Of a stretch of DNA of 64,000 nt, positions 9,656 to 19,783 are shown in pieces. Source of the DNA: an uncultured Candidatus Peribacteria bacterium (GTDB lineage: Bacteria > Patescibacteriota > Gracilibacteria > Peribacterales > Peribacteraceae); NCBI GenBank assembly GCA_964517585.1, contig CAZFCB010000001.1:1891-65890 (forward strand), given 5' to 3'. Position 1 is the stretch's first letter; each line of letters opens with the position of its first letter. The notes under the pieces are model-generated. The model had not been told where the DNA came from and made no database searches. It was given only the letters and a program-made list of their open reading frames with translations. A program made the translations under genes and the position numbers.

Positions 9656-11008
9656 ATGTATCTCAGCATTCTCTTCTTTCTTCTCTACATTGGCGTTGTA
9701 GTCGTCATTGGTTGGATCGCATCGAAGAATGAGACGGAGGAGGGGTTTATGATGGCTGATCGCAACGTGGCAGGCCTGCAACTTGCGGCAACCATGAGCG
9801 CAGGATTTTTCGATGGCTCAACGCTCTCGATTTATCTGGCGTACATGTACAAATTTGGGTTATCCGCAATCTGGCTCTTTATTGGCCTCAGTCTTGGGTT
9901 TCTCGTTCTGAAGCGATTTGCCCCACGGATTAAGAAAAAAGCTGACGAGTTGAAAGTGTATACAATGCCCGAATATTTTCACCGAACCATCGGCGAGCGT
10001 AGTGGCCTTGCATACTCACTAGTGCTCACCATCGCATTTTTCTTTTGGCTCACAGTAAACCTGATTGTAAGCGGACAGGTTCTTTCTGCCATCTTTCCTC
10101 TGCCCTACGAGCTTTCCGTAGCGATTGGTGGTGGAATTATTCTGACGTACCTCTTGCTCGCAGGATTCAAAGCCGTCGTACGCACCGATGTCTTCCAGCT
10201 CCTCATCATGACGTTCATGACCCTGATGGTCGCTACCGTCCTTTTTGGAAGAACAAGCATCCCGATTTCGGACGTACAGTTCATCGGAACAATGGATGCT
10301 GGAACGCTCATCGGTTTCTTAGTCATTGGCGTCTTTGGCATCATGGTCCAGCCAGATTTATGGCAGCGCATGTTTGCTGCTCGCGATGTACCAACGATGA
10401 AACATGGGCTCTCGTATGGAGCAATCATTCTGCCAATTCTCGCACTTGTACTCGCGGTTATCGGCCTCGTCACAAAACAATTGATTCCTGGCATTGCTCC
10501 CGAACACGCACTTGTGACAGGATTTTCTACGTTACTACCTATGGGCGTGAAAGAGCTTGCCATGGTACTTCTGTACGCAGTATGTCTTTCTTCCTCGGAC
10601 ACGGTCACATTCGTGGTGTCATCCATCTTCACAAAAGATGTGCAAAATCGGACTCGTCGTTTTAGCCATTCATCAATGCGTACGATGACGCGTTTGTTCA
10701 TCACTGTCTTTCTTTGTACTGGCGTCATTACTGCCATTCTTTTCCAAGACATCATTGCTTTTGGGCTTTCAGTTGCAAGCCTAAGCCTTGCTCTTTTCCC
10801 AGCGACTTTCGGCTCACTATGTTGGAAACTTTCAGATAGCGCAGTCTCATGGAGTATTGGACTTGCTGCGCTCAGCATTGTTCCCCTGCTTGCAACGGGA
10901 ACACTCACGCCAGAAACATCCATCATTCCTCTACCGATATCTCTGATCTGCTTGCTCATTTTTCAGGGAATCGCACATTGGCGACAAAGAGTAATAGTGT
11001 CGCATTAA
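9656..11008 (+). CDS. sodium:solute symporter family transporter
   Basis: About 13 TM segments. N-terminus LLYIGVVVVIGWIASKN..EGFMMADRNV is typical of the SSS family. Confidence 0.8.
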   Translation: MYLSILFFLLYIGVVVVIGWIASKNETEEGFMMADRNVAGLQLAATMSAGFFDGSTLSIYLAYMYKFGLSAIWLFIGLSLGFLVLKRFAPRIKKKADELKVYTMPEYFHRTIGERSGLAYSLVLTIAFFFWLTVNLIVSGQVLSAIFPLPYELSVAIGGGIILTYLLLAGFKAVVRTDVFQLLIMTFMTLMVATVLFGRTSIPISDVQFIGTMDAGTLIGFLVIGVFGIMVQPDLWQRMFAARDVPTMKHGLSYGAIILPILALVLAVIGLVTKQLIPGIAPEHALVTGFSTLLPMGVKELAMVLLYAVCLSSSDTVTFVVSSIFTKDVQNRTRRFSHSSMRTMTRLFITVFLCTGVITAILFQDIIAFGLSVASLSLALFPATFGSLCWKLSDSAVSWSIGLAALSIVPLLATGTLTPETSIIPLPISLICLLIFQGIAHWRQRVIVSH

Positions 11009-11115
11009 ATCGTCGCAATACTGAATGTATTGTTCATTACATCATGTCAGCGTATCGGTCCTATTAAGACAATATTCGTAAACATCGATTCACAGACTTC
11101 GAGCGAGAATCATTG

Positions 11116-11970
11116 TTACTGGTTTTTCTCTACAAAATCCGCAATATACTGGGCGAGTTCTTTAGCGTACTCAATGAAGAAATCATGACCACCCGCAATA
11201 GTCTGCGATGAAAGATTACTGTATTTCGCAGACAGATCTGCATATAAATCTGGCGGAAAAAGAGCATCGGTTTCGCTGTGAACAAGGAGGGTTGGTGAAT
11301 CTATTGGCTCTATTGTTGGCCGTACCCACTGACGCAAGATATCCTCCATGAATACGCGAAGCGGAGCCTGCGTCAGCTTTGATTGTGCCTCCGTTACGAT
11401 ATCCTCTGGAGTGTTGTCATCAAAGAAAAGTGCACGAATCTGATCAGGAGTAAGTCCGCGCATACCTTTTTTCGAGAAGAAGGACGCTACGATTTTTGTG
11501 AAGAATACTGGTTGATGTATCGCAAGATTCCACACTGCCTGCTTTGCTCCAGTGAGTGGGACGGGCGCAAGAAGCACAGTCAGAAATTTCTTCAGGTCCT
11601 GCTGCTTGGAGAGTTGTCCTAACTTTTCTTGTACTAATAATCCACCCTGCGAATGGCCAATCATACCAATAATTTCACACTTGGTGTCCTTCTCAATTCT
11701 CGAAACAAGTGCATCAAGACCTGATCGGTATGCAGTAAGCGACACCGCGTTCCGAGTGAGAATATTCTGAGATCGCAGTCGAAAATCCACGATTGCAGAG
11801 GAAATACCATGTTGTTGCAGTGCTTCCGCGAAAGGAACGAAATGCTCGTCTGTATGCGCAAAGCCTGGAACCTCTACAAACATCTTATTGCTCCCGTCTG
11901 CAAGAACAGTGGAATACTTAATCTCAAGTGGAGAGCACCTTGGATGCTCGTCTGTACGTGTTGAATTCAT
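11116..11970 (-). CDS. alpha/beta hydrolase
   Basis: Nucleophile elbow GHSQGG. 284 aa. Confidence 0.7.
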   Translation of the reverse strand: MNSTRTDEHPRCSPLEIKYSTVLADGSNKMFVEVPGFAHTDEHFVPFAEALQQHGISSAIVDFRLRSQNILTRNAVSLTAYRSGLDALVSRIEKDTKCEIIGMIGHSQGGLLVQEKLGQLSKQQDLKKFLTVLLAPVPLTGAKQAVWNLAIHQPVFFTKIVASFFSKKGMRGLTPDQIRALFFDDNTPEDIVTEAQSKLTQAPLRVFMEDILRQWVRPTIEPIDSPTLLVHSETDALFPPDLYADLSAKYSNLSSQTIAGGHDFFIEYAKELAQYIADFVEKNQ

Positions 11971-12015
11971 GAAATGCCATATTAAATTCTTTATTCTATT
12001 CTGTCAAGTTCTGGG

Positions 12016-12789
12016 TTACGCATCACGAATAAATTTCTTTGCAAAGACATCGACCAACGTGCCAAACACTCGGTGAAGTTCTTCGATACGTTCCTCAATA
12101 GGAACGAGAGTGTCTGGATGCAGATACAAACTTTGATTGATCTCTAGTTGCATACCAGGCACAAGGAATGGCGGCATACGTCTGCGATGACAATGATGAC
12201 CAAGGATGTACTTTCCTGCATAGGGAAAATTGATCGCAACTGTGTAACCGATATTCTGAAAATAGTCGCGCACAAAGATGGTGTGCTCGCGAGAACATGT
12301 GGAGTAATTCATATTCCCGATATTAATGTCGGGGCGTTGTTTGCCGCTGTCCGGCTTCAGTTTTGGGCCAACGGGCAAGTAAGAATGTCCGTCAAAAAGG
12401 AATTGGGCATTCGGAATAAGTTCATCAATTTTCTTGTGATACGGATCGTGGTACTTCTTGATAAGTTGCTCCGCCTGCACTTGAGAAGGTTTTGTTTTGT
12501 AGACCTGTCCCCCATCCCACGTTGTCAGAACTGAAACGCCTTCTTCAGCTTTTTCATATTCGCGGGAAATATCATCAGGTGCCCGATTCACATCGACAAA
12601 AATCCGTGAATGATCAGCAACGACAAGATGGACATTGGGAATAGAGTAGATACGGTCCGTGTACAGATCTGTGAAATGCAAAATATCCTCCTGGCTCAAC
12701 AGGACCTGATCTACTATCTCTGGTGGCACTCCGCTAGATGCATGTGGAATGGATACAATAATCGGACGAATATGTTGCTGCCCGTTCAT
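12016..12789 (-). CDS. N-formylglutamate amidohydrolase (FGase) family protein, paralogue 1
   Basis: IVSIPHASSGVP, FVDVNRAPDD, LFDGHSY and DINIGN match the FGase zinc-hydrolase motifs. ATGA overlap with the upstream MscS-like gene. Confidence 0.75.
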   Translation of the reverse strand: MNGQQHIRPIIVSIPHASSGVPPEIVDQVLLSQEDILHFTDLYTDRIYSIPNVHLVVADHSRIFVDVNRAPDDISREYEKAEEGVSVLTTWDGGQVYKTKPSQVQAEQLIKKYHDPYHKKIDELIPNAQFLFDGHSYLPVGPKLKPDSGKQRPDINIGNMNYSTCSREHTIFVRDYFQNIGYTVAINFPYAGKYILGHHCHRRRMPPFLVPGMQLEINQSLYLHPDTLVPIEERIEELHRVFGTLVDVFAKKFIRDA

Positions 12790-13634
12790 GTATGAGACGT
12801 GGAATGTGTATACCCCTTCTCAATAAAAAACTTCGACGGAACTGTAAGATTCTGCTCTCCGATGCGAATAACGAGGGCAATAGCAGAAATCTGTTGAACT
12901 GCACCGCGCTTACCATCAATCTCGACAACATCACCAACGTGAATGTGATGACGCAAATACTGCGTAAGGATCCAACCCTCTATGAGTGAGCGCGATGCCG
13001 TGATCATGGCAACACCAAAAAGAATCAGCGTTGCTGCCATCATGATAATGGCATTTGTCGTGATGAAATCCAGCTGCACACCAAGTTGTTCCACGGCCGC
13101 AAACACGACAAATACAAGGACAACGATGTACACAATCTTCCCAATGATACGCTCACCGATGATGTCAGCCCTTTTGAGAGCCTGCATAGTGAGAACTTGA
13201 AGAAAGCGCGCAAGAAGAAGGCCGAAAACGATGATCAGTAAACCTGCGATCGCTTGCGGAATATATCGTGTGATAATGAGAAGAGCATACGAAACGCGTG
13301 AGAGATTCATCATCTCTGATGCGATCGTCAGTGTGACGAGAATGGCCAGCCAGAAGACGAGAAGCCCTAGAATATCGGTCAGTCCTTTTGTGACACCGAT
13401 GTCTTTTAGCAAGCGTTCCAAAGGTGTTTTACCTGCAAGTTTATCGATAGCGAAGAACCGAAGAATTCGGATGACTATCATCTGAAGTAGTGACGCAACC
13501 AGCCAGCCAAAGAGCACGATGAAGATTGCCAGTAACGCTGCGGGTACTATGTCCGAAAAACGATCGGAGGTTTGAGTCCAAGCATCTGTGAAAAGCGCGC
13601 TAAGCTGAACAAAAAACTCACTCATAGGATGCAT
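12786..13634 (-). CDS. mechanosensitive (MscS-like) channel family protein
   Basis: Several TM helices, then VGDVVEIDGKRGAVQQISAIALVIRIGEQNLTVPS (MscS beta-domain signature). Confidence 0.55.
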   Translation of the reverse strand: MHPMSEFFVQLSALFTDAWTQTSDRFSDIVPAALLAIFIVLFGWLVASLLQMIVIRILRFFAIDKLAGKTPLERLLKDIGVTKGLTDILGLLVFWLAILVTLTIASEMMNLSRVSYALLIITRYIPQAIAGLLIIVFGLLLARFLQVLTMQALKRADIIGERIIGKIVYIVVLVFVVFAAVEQLGVQLDFITTNAIIMMAATLILFGVAMITASRSLIEGWILTQYLRHHIHVGDVVEIDGKRGAVQQISAIALVIRIGEQNLTVPSKFFIEKGYTHSTSHT

Positions 13635-13697
13635 CGTACCACACGTAGGACGAAAACCGCACTATGGAAAATTACAAACGTCCACGCACGATAATTT

Positions 13698-15146
13698 CTA
13701 CACAAGATCGCCCTTCTCGCACCACTCAATCAGCCTACTCAAATCCTTGTTCCACTCATTCTCATACAAATGAACGAGTTCCTCCGCAGGACTTTTTTCT
13801 TCCAGGAAAATTTGTTTTTTTATTTCCGTCAGATATATAGACTCATCTTCATTGGAAGCATCAACACGCTGAAATCCTTTTAGTTTTTCACTAGCAATCG
13901 TAATGAGTTCCTGCGCGAATGTCAGAAGTTTTTTGCCATGTACTTCAGTCTGTAAGCCTGTACTCCAACTCTCGCGATCTATGCGAAGGATGTCCTCATA
14001 CGTCCAGTCATGTGTCAACTCTTCCACCGCAGACCAGCTGTCCGAGTCAAACAGTAAGCCTTTCATCAGTGCAGGTATGGCCATAATAAACCGAAATGGA
14101 ACACTGTCCGTGACACGATATTCTAAATAGGAAGGACGAAGGCGAATATCTGACCACGTTGTTTTAACATGTTGGTCAAAGTTTTTCAGCGTTGGGTACG
14201 CGCCTTCGTACCCATGACTCATCCACTCAGCAAACGTGAATGTTTTTGTTGGTAAAAACGACTGGTCATGCTCGTCTGTCAAAAGCACAACGGGCAGTGA
14301 GAGGTAGTAGTCAAACCAGTCATGCATGGTAAACGTTTCTGAAAGAATATTCGGCGGTATTCCCGTTCGTTCTGGCGCATGATTCTGGATACATGCTCGG
14401 CGAGCATCGAGTAATGGCGATCGCGTACCGCTATCAAAGGGACTGCTTGCAAACATTGCGCCAATAATGGGTAGAACTCGAAACGCTGTCTGAGCCTTCT
14501 GTACTGCATTCTGCTCATTCAGATAGCTCAGATTTGCAGTGACACCATTGAGACGTTTGGTCATAGTCTCCATCAAATTTTCCACGCCAATGCCTCGCAG
14601 AAGGTTATATCGGCGCTTGTCCATTTGCGTAATTTCTTGATTGGAATGAAAAGGCTGCTGCCCCAGTGACAACCAAGCGATACCAAAAACGTTGCCCATT
14701 TCGATCACTTCGTGATTATGCAGTCGCAACTCTCTGGAAAGATCGTGCAAATTTTCCTGTGGCGACCCAGCAAGCTCCAGTCGACCGTCACCTTCCAGCG
14801 TCACGCGTGTCTCCCCTCTCTGAATCTCATAAATATTCTCTCCGTCATTCTCATTGATAGTCCACCCTGCTTCTGTAATCAATTTATGCAAAATGGCTTT
14901 GTATCCTTTTTCTTCTTCGTACATGACGGGTTTCATGGAGTCTCGATGAATTCCAGAACGCTCCCATTCGATACCAACGCATAGCTTCTGAGACCAATTG
15001 ACGGTGTGATAGTGCTGCACGAGTCCGTCAATCGAACGTAGGCCGTTTGGTGAATCTGATTGATGAATAGGGATTGTAAGATAGATGAATACCTGTCCAT
15101 AATAGTCGATTCTTGCTACCCTGTCTTTATGATGAACCGAGAGCAA
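13698..15146 (-). CDS. glutamate--cysteine ligase family 2 (GCS2, plant/proteobacterial type) carboxylate-amine ligase
   Basis: VGIEWERSG, TLEGDGRLELAGSP, and a length of about 480 aa. The start is uncertain because the 5' end overlaps the divergent gene. Confidence 0.7.
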   Translation of the reverse strand: MLSVHHKDRVARIDYYGQVFIYLTIPIHQSDSPNGLRSIDGLVQHYHTVNWSQKLCVGIEWERSGIHRDSMKPVMYEEEKGYKAILHKLITEAGWTINENDGENIYEIQRGETRVTLEGDGRLELAGSPQENLHDLSRELRLHNHEVIEMGNVFGIAWLSLGQQPFHSNQEITQMDKRRYNLLRGIGVENLMETMTKRLNGVTANLSYLNEQNAVQKAQTAFRVLPIIGAMFASSPFDSGTRSPLLDARRACIQNHAPERTGIPPNILSETFTMHDWFDYYLSLPVVLLTDEHDQSFLPTKTFTFAEWMSHGYEGAYPTLKNFDQHVKTTWSDIRLRPSYLEYRVTDSVPFRFIMAIPALMKGLLFDSDSWSAVEELTHDWTYEDILRIDRESWSTGLQTEVHGKKLLTFAQELITIASEKLKGFQRVDASNEDESIYLTEIKKQIFLEEKSPAEELVHLYENEWNKDLSRLIEWCEKGDLV

Positions 15147-15920
15147 ATGGTTGTCTCAATTCCGCATGCTGGAACGCTTATTCCTGACGATATTCGAGCA
15201 CTCATCCCACACGATGAGCTCACGGTGCGAAATGAGTCCGATCTTTTCAGTGATCGCATCTTTACGATTGACGGTGCACGCATCGTGACGACTCCGTACT
15301 CACGCATGATCTCAGATCCCAATCGAGCACCTGATGAAATTTATTCCGAAGGAATGTTGCGCTCACTCGGCGTTGTCATGTTTGACTTGCATGATGGCAG
15401 GCCTGTCTTTTCCAAAGATCCCTCACTACATACTGTCTCCGAATGGACACATCGCTTTCATGTGCCGTATCACAATGCCCTAGCAAAAGTTGTCAAAGGC
15501 GCAAAATTTTTAATCGATGGTCATACCATGTGGTCCAAAGGTGTGCCTGGTCACTTTGGAGGTGCCGGAAAAGAGCGTGCTGATATTGTGCTTGGCAATC
15601 AGTACTTCTGTACGTGTTCTGCGGAAACAACCAATTTCTTCGCGTCATTTTTTCGCGAGAAAAATTATAACGTAGCCATCAATGATCCCTATCCAGGACG
15701 TTTCATTCTTGGAACGTACTGCAGCAGGCTATATGTCCCCGGCATCCAGATAGAAATAAATCGCAAACTATTTCTCGATGAGAAAACATTAGAACCAGAT
15801 GAAAAAAGTATCCAAAAGCTCCACGCTGAATTTGATGAACTCGTCACAAGTTTCTGTGGCTGGTTCAAGGGTCCAATGAAGCCGGAGGAGAAAGCGCCTG
15901 TAGATTTGAGTAGGCGCTGA
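15129..15920 (+). CDS. N-formylglutamate amidohydrolase (FGase) family protein, paralogue 2
   Basis: MVVSIPHAGTLIP, ISDPNRAPDE, LIDGHTM, DIVLGN. The track ORF starts at 15060; the ATG at 15129 or 15147 is more plausible. Confidence 0.75.
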   Translation: MMNREQMVVSIPHAGTLIPDDIRALIPHDELTVRNESDLFSDRIFTIDGARIVTTPYSRMISDPNRAPDEIYSEGMLRSLGVVMFDLHDGRPVFSKDPSLHTVSEWTHRFHVPYHNALAKVVKGAKFLIDGHTMWSKGVPGHFGGAGKERADIVLGNQYFCTCSAETTNFFASFFREKNYNVAINDPYPGRFILGTYCSRLYVPGIQIEINRKLFLDEKTLEPDEKSIQKLHAEFDELVTSFCGWFKGPMKPEEKAPVDLSRR

Positions 15921-16000
15921 TGATGAACCAAGAGGCATAACAAAGATTGCTCGCTCAAATACTCCACATTTTTGATGAGGTAGAGAGAAAGCATGAAGAT

Positions 16001-16112
16001 CCCCCGAGACGAAGATCAACAGGCCTAAATTTGCAGCTTTCTTTTTGGCCACTGTACGTCCTCCGTTAGGATCTCCTTTCTTCTTGCGGTACTCATAACT
16101 CGTTCTCGGGGG
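16001..16112. ncRNA. candidate structured RNA of unknown class
   Basis: CCCCCGAGA (16001-16009) pairs with TCTCGGGGG (16104-16112), enclosing 94 nt. Internal helices: ACAG-GGCC/GGCC-CTGT, TCCT/AGGA, GAAGA/TCTTC. Lies in a 264-nt gap between convergent genes. Confidence 0.2.
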
Positions 16113-16184
16113 TAACTACAACACTCTGAGTGCTGTAATCACAGTGATTGTATTCCTATAAAACAGGCATAATCAATGAGTGTA

Positions 16185-16709
16185 CTACGGTAAAATCTTA
16201 CCTATCCAAGACTGGATGGAGGCAAGAACGCCCGCAGGCTTTCCTGCGCGTAAGCGTACAAGCTCTTTCGACATTGTTGCATTCTCAGACATCAGTTCCT
16301 GATTTCGGTTTTTCACTTCGTCCAAAAGTTGTTCGTAATTTTCAGCGCGTTCTTTGTACAGCGCTAGTTTCTGAGCTTCGGATTGGGATGCCTTAAGATC
16401 ATTCTCCTGCTTCAGAAGCTGCGTCGTAATATTCCGGGCTCGTTCACTGAGGGCAATATTCTTCGAAAATTCCTGTCGGAGTTTTGCCTGCAATTTGCTC
16501 CTACCTTGATGAACGAGGTAGAGCACGATGAGAAGCACGAGCTGCAATCCGAATGCGACCATGACGATGTACGACGCTGCTGTTGTCGGTGGAAGAGATG
16601 AACCAAATAACCAAAGAAAAGGGTTTAGAAGCGCCGGCCATAGAAGGAAGACATAGGACAAAATCCACACAAAACTCGAAACGAGAAACAGGAAGAGGAA
16701 AAACGTCAT
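16185..16709 (-). CDS. hypothetical membrane protein with C-terminal coiled coil
   Basis: Three N-terminal TM segments, then a heptad-rich Gln/Glu/Lys region. Confidence 0.5.
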   Translation of the reverse strand: MTFFLFLFLVSSFVWILSYVFLLWPALLNPFLWLFGSSLPPTTAASYIVMVAFGLQLVLLIVLYLVHQGRSKLQAKLRQEFSKNIALSERARNITTQLLKQENDLKASQSEAQKLALYKERAENYEQLLDEVKNRNQELMSENATMSKELVRLRAGKPAGVLASIQSWIGKILP

Positions 16710-16814
16710 AGAGTCATATTCTATGAGAGATCACTTCATTTGTACAAATAGACACTCTGAACAAAGCACAGATTTTTACAGAAAAAGGCAGGTACATGTG
16801 CATTGTTACTATTG

Positions 16815-18494
16815 TTACTCCGCCATCATCACGACTTTCACAAGCTTCAGATCATCGTACGATACGTGTCCGGCAAACGCGTCGAACGCTTCACGCATCG
16901 ATTGTAGTCCGCGTTCCTCGTATACGTCTCGAATCCGTCGTGCATCCGGCACGTTTTCGATCAAGTATCCAAGTTCGGGCGCAGTACCAAGGCCAATCAG
17001 TTTTTCGATGTACGTGAGAACCGTACCGACGGTCATGCCACATTGAGCAGCAATAAACGTGAGATCCTTTCGTTCTTGCAAGAGTGTCCGCGTCCTTTCA
17101 ATCCGTTCATGCATCGTGAGTGTCGGACGAGAAGAAGACGAAACCTCCTGAGTCTGCGGTGTGGCCTGAAATACCGAACGCGGCTTATATTTCTTCGCTC
17201 TGTCAGCGAGCGAATCATAAAACGATGTCACAAGAGCATCGGCGCGTATGGAATTTGGACTCCAACGTTCGATCATAAGTCCGTTTCCAGATCTCACACG
17301 ACTCAGTGCAACGTACGCTTGCCCCGGCTCCCAGAGCTGGTGCAAGTCGACGATCATACGATCCAGCGTCGCGCCCTGTGCCTTGTGAATGGTCGTTGCG
17401 TACGCAAGTGAGACCGGAAAGTTCCACGCTGACATGACTTCATTGCCGTCACCATCGAGAGATGAGAATGTATATTTCTCGATGTCGATATCCTCTCCCG
17501 TAAACAAGCGAACGTGCAGAGTCTCATCCGTGACTTCCAGTACATGTCCGAGACTTCCGTTCACAAACAATCCTTCTCCAGACACATCATTTCTCCGCAT
17601 CATGATGAGCGCACCGACCTTGAGAAAGAGCGTATCAGGGATCGGTAAATTACGCTTCGCACTCTCTAAATATTTGTCATCACCCATATACCGAGTATTG
17701 ATTGCGTACTCTTTTTGAGGAATGGCTTGTAGTCGGAGCCAGTTATATTGATCAGCCTTTGCTCGGTGCGGATAGAGGCGTGTCGCATCCATCCCGTCAT
17801 CTGTTTTGTGAGTACGTCTGTTCAAGTACTCATGCACACGGTCATTCACAATACCATCACGAACAAAGTTCAGCACTTCGAGGAATTCTGTGTCCTGCGT
17901 TCGCATAACAGTCGTAAGAAGTGCAGGCTGGAAATCGCTCGCTTCCCATGTGGAATGCAAAAAACACCAATCCTTGGTTTGGTTTCCAGGCGTCACGGGT
18001 GGGAGCTGCGCAAAATCCCCCACGACGATCATACGAAGCCCACCCCAGGGATTTGTATTACCTCGAGCGCGAGCAGCGATAGCTTCCGCAGCCATGAGTG
18101 TTGTGCCAGAAAGCATGGAGACTTCATCAATGATGATGCAACTCGCACGCTGGAGACGGTTTCTCACTTTTTTACTACGAAGTGCAATTTCAACTGCTTT
18201 CACCGGCCCGCCTTCCATGATGCCAAGACCGAAAAAACTGTGAAATGTTCTCCCGCCGACGATGACGGCAGCGGCACCAGTGCTAGCGACAATCGGAAAG
18301 TCATCAGAACCTTTACCGCGCAGATACGTATCAAGCAGGAAACTCTTACCTGTACCAGCGGCGCCAGTCAGAAAGACGTTTCCTTCATGCGTGAGCACAT
18401 CGAGGGCCTTTGTTTGGCACGCTGTGAGACTTGCCGAAGTGCTAGAAGTAGTCATACGGAGAAGATGGTAGCACTCAAAAATTTTCTCGCGCAT
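16815..18494 (-). CDS. Pif1/RecD-like SF1 DNA helicase with C-terminal HTH domain
   Basis: Walker A LTGAAGTGKSF, IIIDEVSM, VGDFAQLPPV, TIHKAQGATLD, YVALSRV. The C-terminal DLTFIAAQCGMTVGTVLTYIEKL looks like an HTH. Alternative start at 18455 (MTTSS). Confidence 0.85.
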   Translation of the reverse strand: MREKIFECYHLLRMTTSSTSASLTACQTKALDVLTHEGNVFLTGAAGTGKSFLLDTYLRGKGSDDFPIVASTGAAAVIVGGRTFHSFFGLGIMEGGPVKAVEIALRSKKVRNRLQRASCIIIDEVSMLSGTTLMAAEAIAARARGNTNPWGGLRMIVVGDFAQLPPVTPGNQTKDWCFLHSTWEASDFQPALLTTVMRTQDTEFLEVLNFVRDGIVNDRVHEYLNRRTHKTDDGMDATRLYPHRAKADQYNWLRLQAIPQKEYAINTRYMGDDKYLESAKRNLPIPDTLFLKVGALIMMRRNDVSGEGLFVNGSLGHVLEVTDETLHVRLFTGEDIDIEKYTFSSLDGDGNEVMSAWNFPVSLAYATTIHKAQGATLDRMIVDLHQLWEPGQAYVALSRVRSGNGLMIERWSPNSIRADALVTSFYDSLADRAKKYKPRSVFQATPQTQEVSSSSRPTLTMHERIERTRTLLQERKDLTFIAAQCGMTVGTVLTYIEKLIGLGTAPELGYLIENVPDARRIRDVYEERGLQSMREAFDAFAGHVSYDDLKLVKVVMMAE

Positions 18495-18566
18495 TTTTTT
18501 TGTGACACCTCTTGAAAGTAACTGTGTACATCTGCATACTTTTTATCTTCCGCTCCCCCACTATTC

Positions 18567-19097
18567 ATGCCCCTCATGACTTCCAAGAAAACCTGGTTGG
18601 TTTTGTCTGTGATCATTGTAATCTTGCTCACATGGATCATTGTCCGTTCGGCCTCAGGTTTCATGGGACGTGCGATGGTAGAAAACATGATAGAAAAGGC
18701 ATCAGATGGACAGGCAGATGTACGTCTCAAGACTGATGGCACGATGGACATCGCTACGAAAGATGGATCTCTGTCGATGGGCACAGATCTCCACAAGGAC
18801 TGGCCGAAAGATGTGCCATCCTACGCTGGGGCCACCGTGACGTATTCGGCCTCCATGAACGAAACTGACGACAAAACTGGTATGGCTCTCGTTCTGATGA
18901 CAACGGATACCACTGCAGTTGTGCACTCGTTCTATGAAACTGAACTGAAACGTAACGGATGGACGATCACGAATGCCATGCAAGGTGACAGCACAGCCAT
19001 CATAACCGCCGAGAAAGATGGCAGACAGCTCTCGATTGCAATCAGCGAATCAGAGGGGCAAACCGGCATTACGCTTGCCGTAGAGTCAGGACAGTAA
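18567..19097 (+). CDS. hypothetical membrane-anchored or secreted protein
   Basis: N-terminal TM/signal anchor WLVLSVIIVILLTWIIV; no family recognised. Confidence 0.5.
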   Translation: MPLMTSKKTWLVLSVIIVILLTWIIVRSASGFMGRAMVENMIEKASDGQADVRLKTDGTMDIATKDGSLSMGTDLHKDWPKDVPSYAGATVTYSASMNETDDKTGMALVLMTTDTTAVVHSFYETELKRNGWTITNAMQGDSTAIITAEKDGRQLSIAISESEGQTGITLAVESGQ

Positions 19098-19123
19098 GTT
19101 TTCTCGTCGTAGTCGGGACCTGC

Positions 19124-19612
19124 CTACTTGGCATCCTCGAGCTGCAGTTTCACATTCGCGAGATCACTCTGAAGTTTTGCGAGTTGATTGCTCAGTTGAT
19201 TGCGTGATTTCTGCAGTCTTGTCAGAGAATCCTGATACCCTGCCGTATCTCCGGACACCGTCGTCATTGTACGCTCAAGAATCTCTATCTTGTCTTCTGC
19301 TGCCATTAGCCTTTTGTGCACACTCTTGATAGTACGATTCAACTGATTTATTTTGCGAGTCAGCGCAGCTTTCGGAAGTACAGTCCTGCGTGACGATGTT
19401 ACATGTACAGAATTCCCTGTAGGAGCGTAAACGTTTGGATAGTATGGAATGATCTGCTGATACGGATTTGCACTCGCACGAGCATACGAAACGACTGCGC
19501 CTGCAGTATTGCCTTCGGCATTTGTCATGACAGCGGTCACCACGACAGACAATGAAATGACAATGATGAAAGCTGTAGTTATAAACGGTGAAGGCGTTTT
19601 TTGTGTACGCAT
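19124..19612 (-). CDS. hypothetical membrane-anchored coiled-coil protein
   Basis: TM helix FITTAFIIVISLSVVVTAV, then a C-terminal coiled coil. Confidence 0.5.
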   Translation of the reverse strand: MRTQKTPSPFITTAFIIVISLSVVVTAVMTNAEGNTAGAVVSYARASANPYQQIIPYYPNVYAPTGNSVHVTSSRRTVLPKAALTRKINQLNRTIKSVHKRLMAAEDKIEILERTMTTVSGDTAGYQDSLTRLQKSRNQLSNQLAKLQSDLANVKLQLEDAK

Positions 19613-19783
19613 AAGTGAAGTAAGAGATGAATGTACATAGTATATTATATCATATTATTTATAATATTGGAAGCGCTGGCTGAAGTTTGCATGTATTGCA
19701 CAGTCAGAGGAAACTGAACTCATGAAGCTGAAATAACACTGTGGAACTTGAAACGTTACTTCACTGATTCCCCTCCCCATCCT

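Noticed and set aside
10105-10959. Long antisense ORFs inside well-supported genes: 10105-10959, 7303-7962, 19756-20436, 30740-31426, 34633-35394, 17748-18515, 27025-27867, 50766-51443, 56786-57517, 59420-59977, 45320-45928, 33854-34525.
   Set aside because: These are shadow ORFs opposite genes with clear family motifs. Their translations are compositionally odd (rich in Cys, His, Phe, Arg and Ser) and match no family.
13698-15146. Overlap of 18-87 nt between the divergent 5' ends of the GCS2 gene and FGase-2.
   Set aside because: This is most likely a start-codon calling artefact. FGase-2 probably starts at 15129 or 15147, and the ligase may use a downstream non-ATG start. I do not treat it as a genuine overlapping-gene arrangement.
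16001-16112. Small SRP (4.5S) RNA.
   Set aside because: The length and closing helix fit, but neither strand has the conserved helix-8 signature: a GNRA tetraloop flanked by the AGCA/GGAA internal loops. The best hairpin is UCC-UAAC-GGA.
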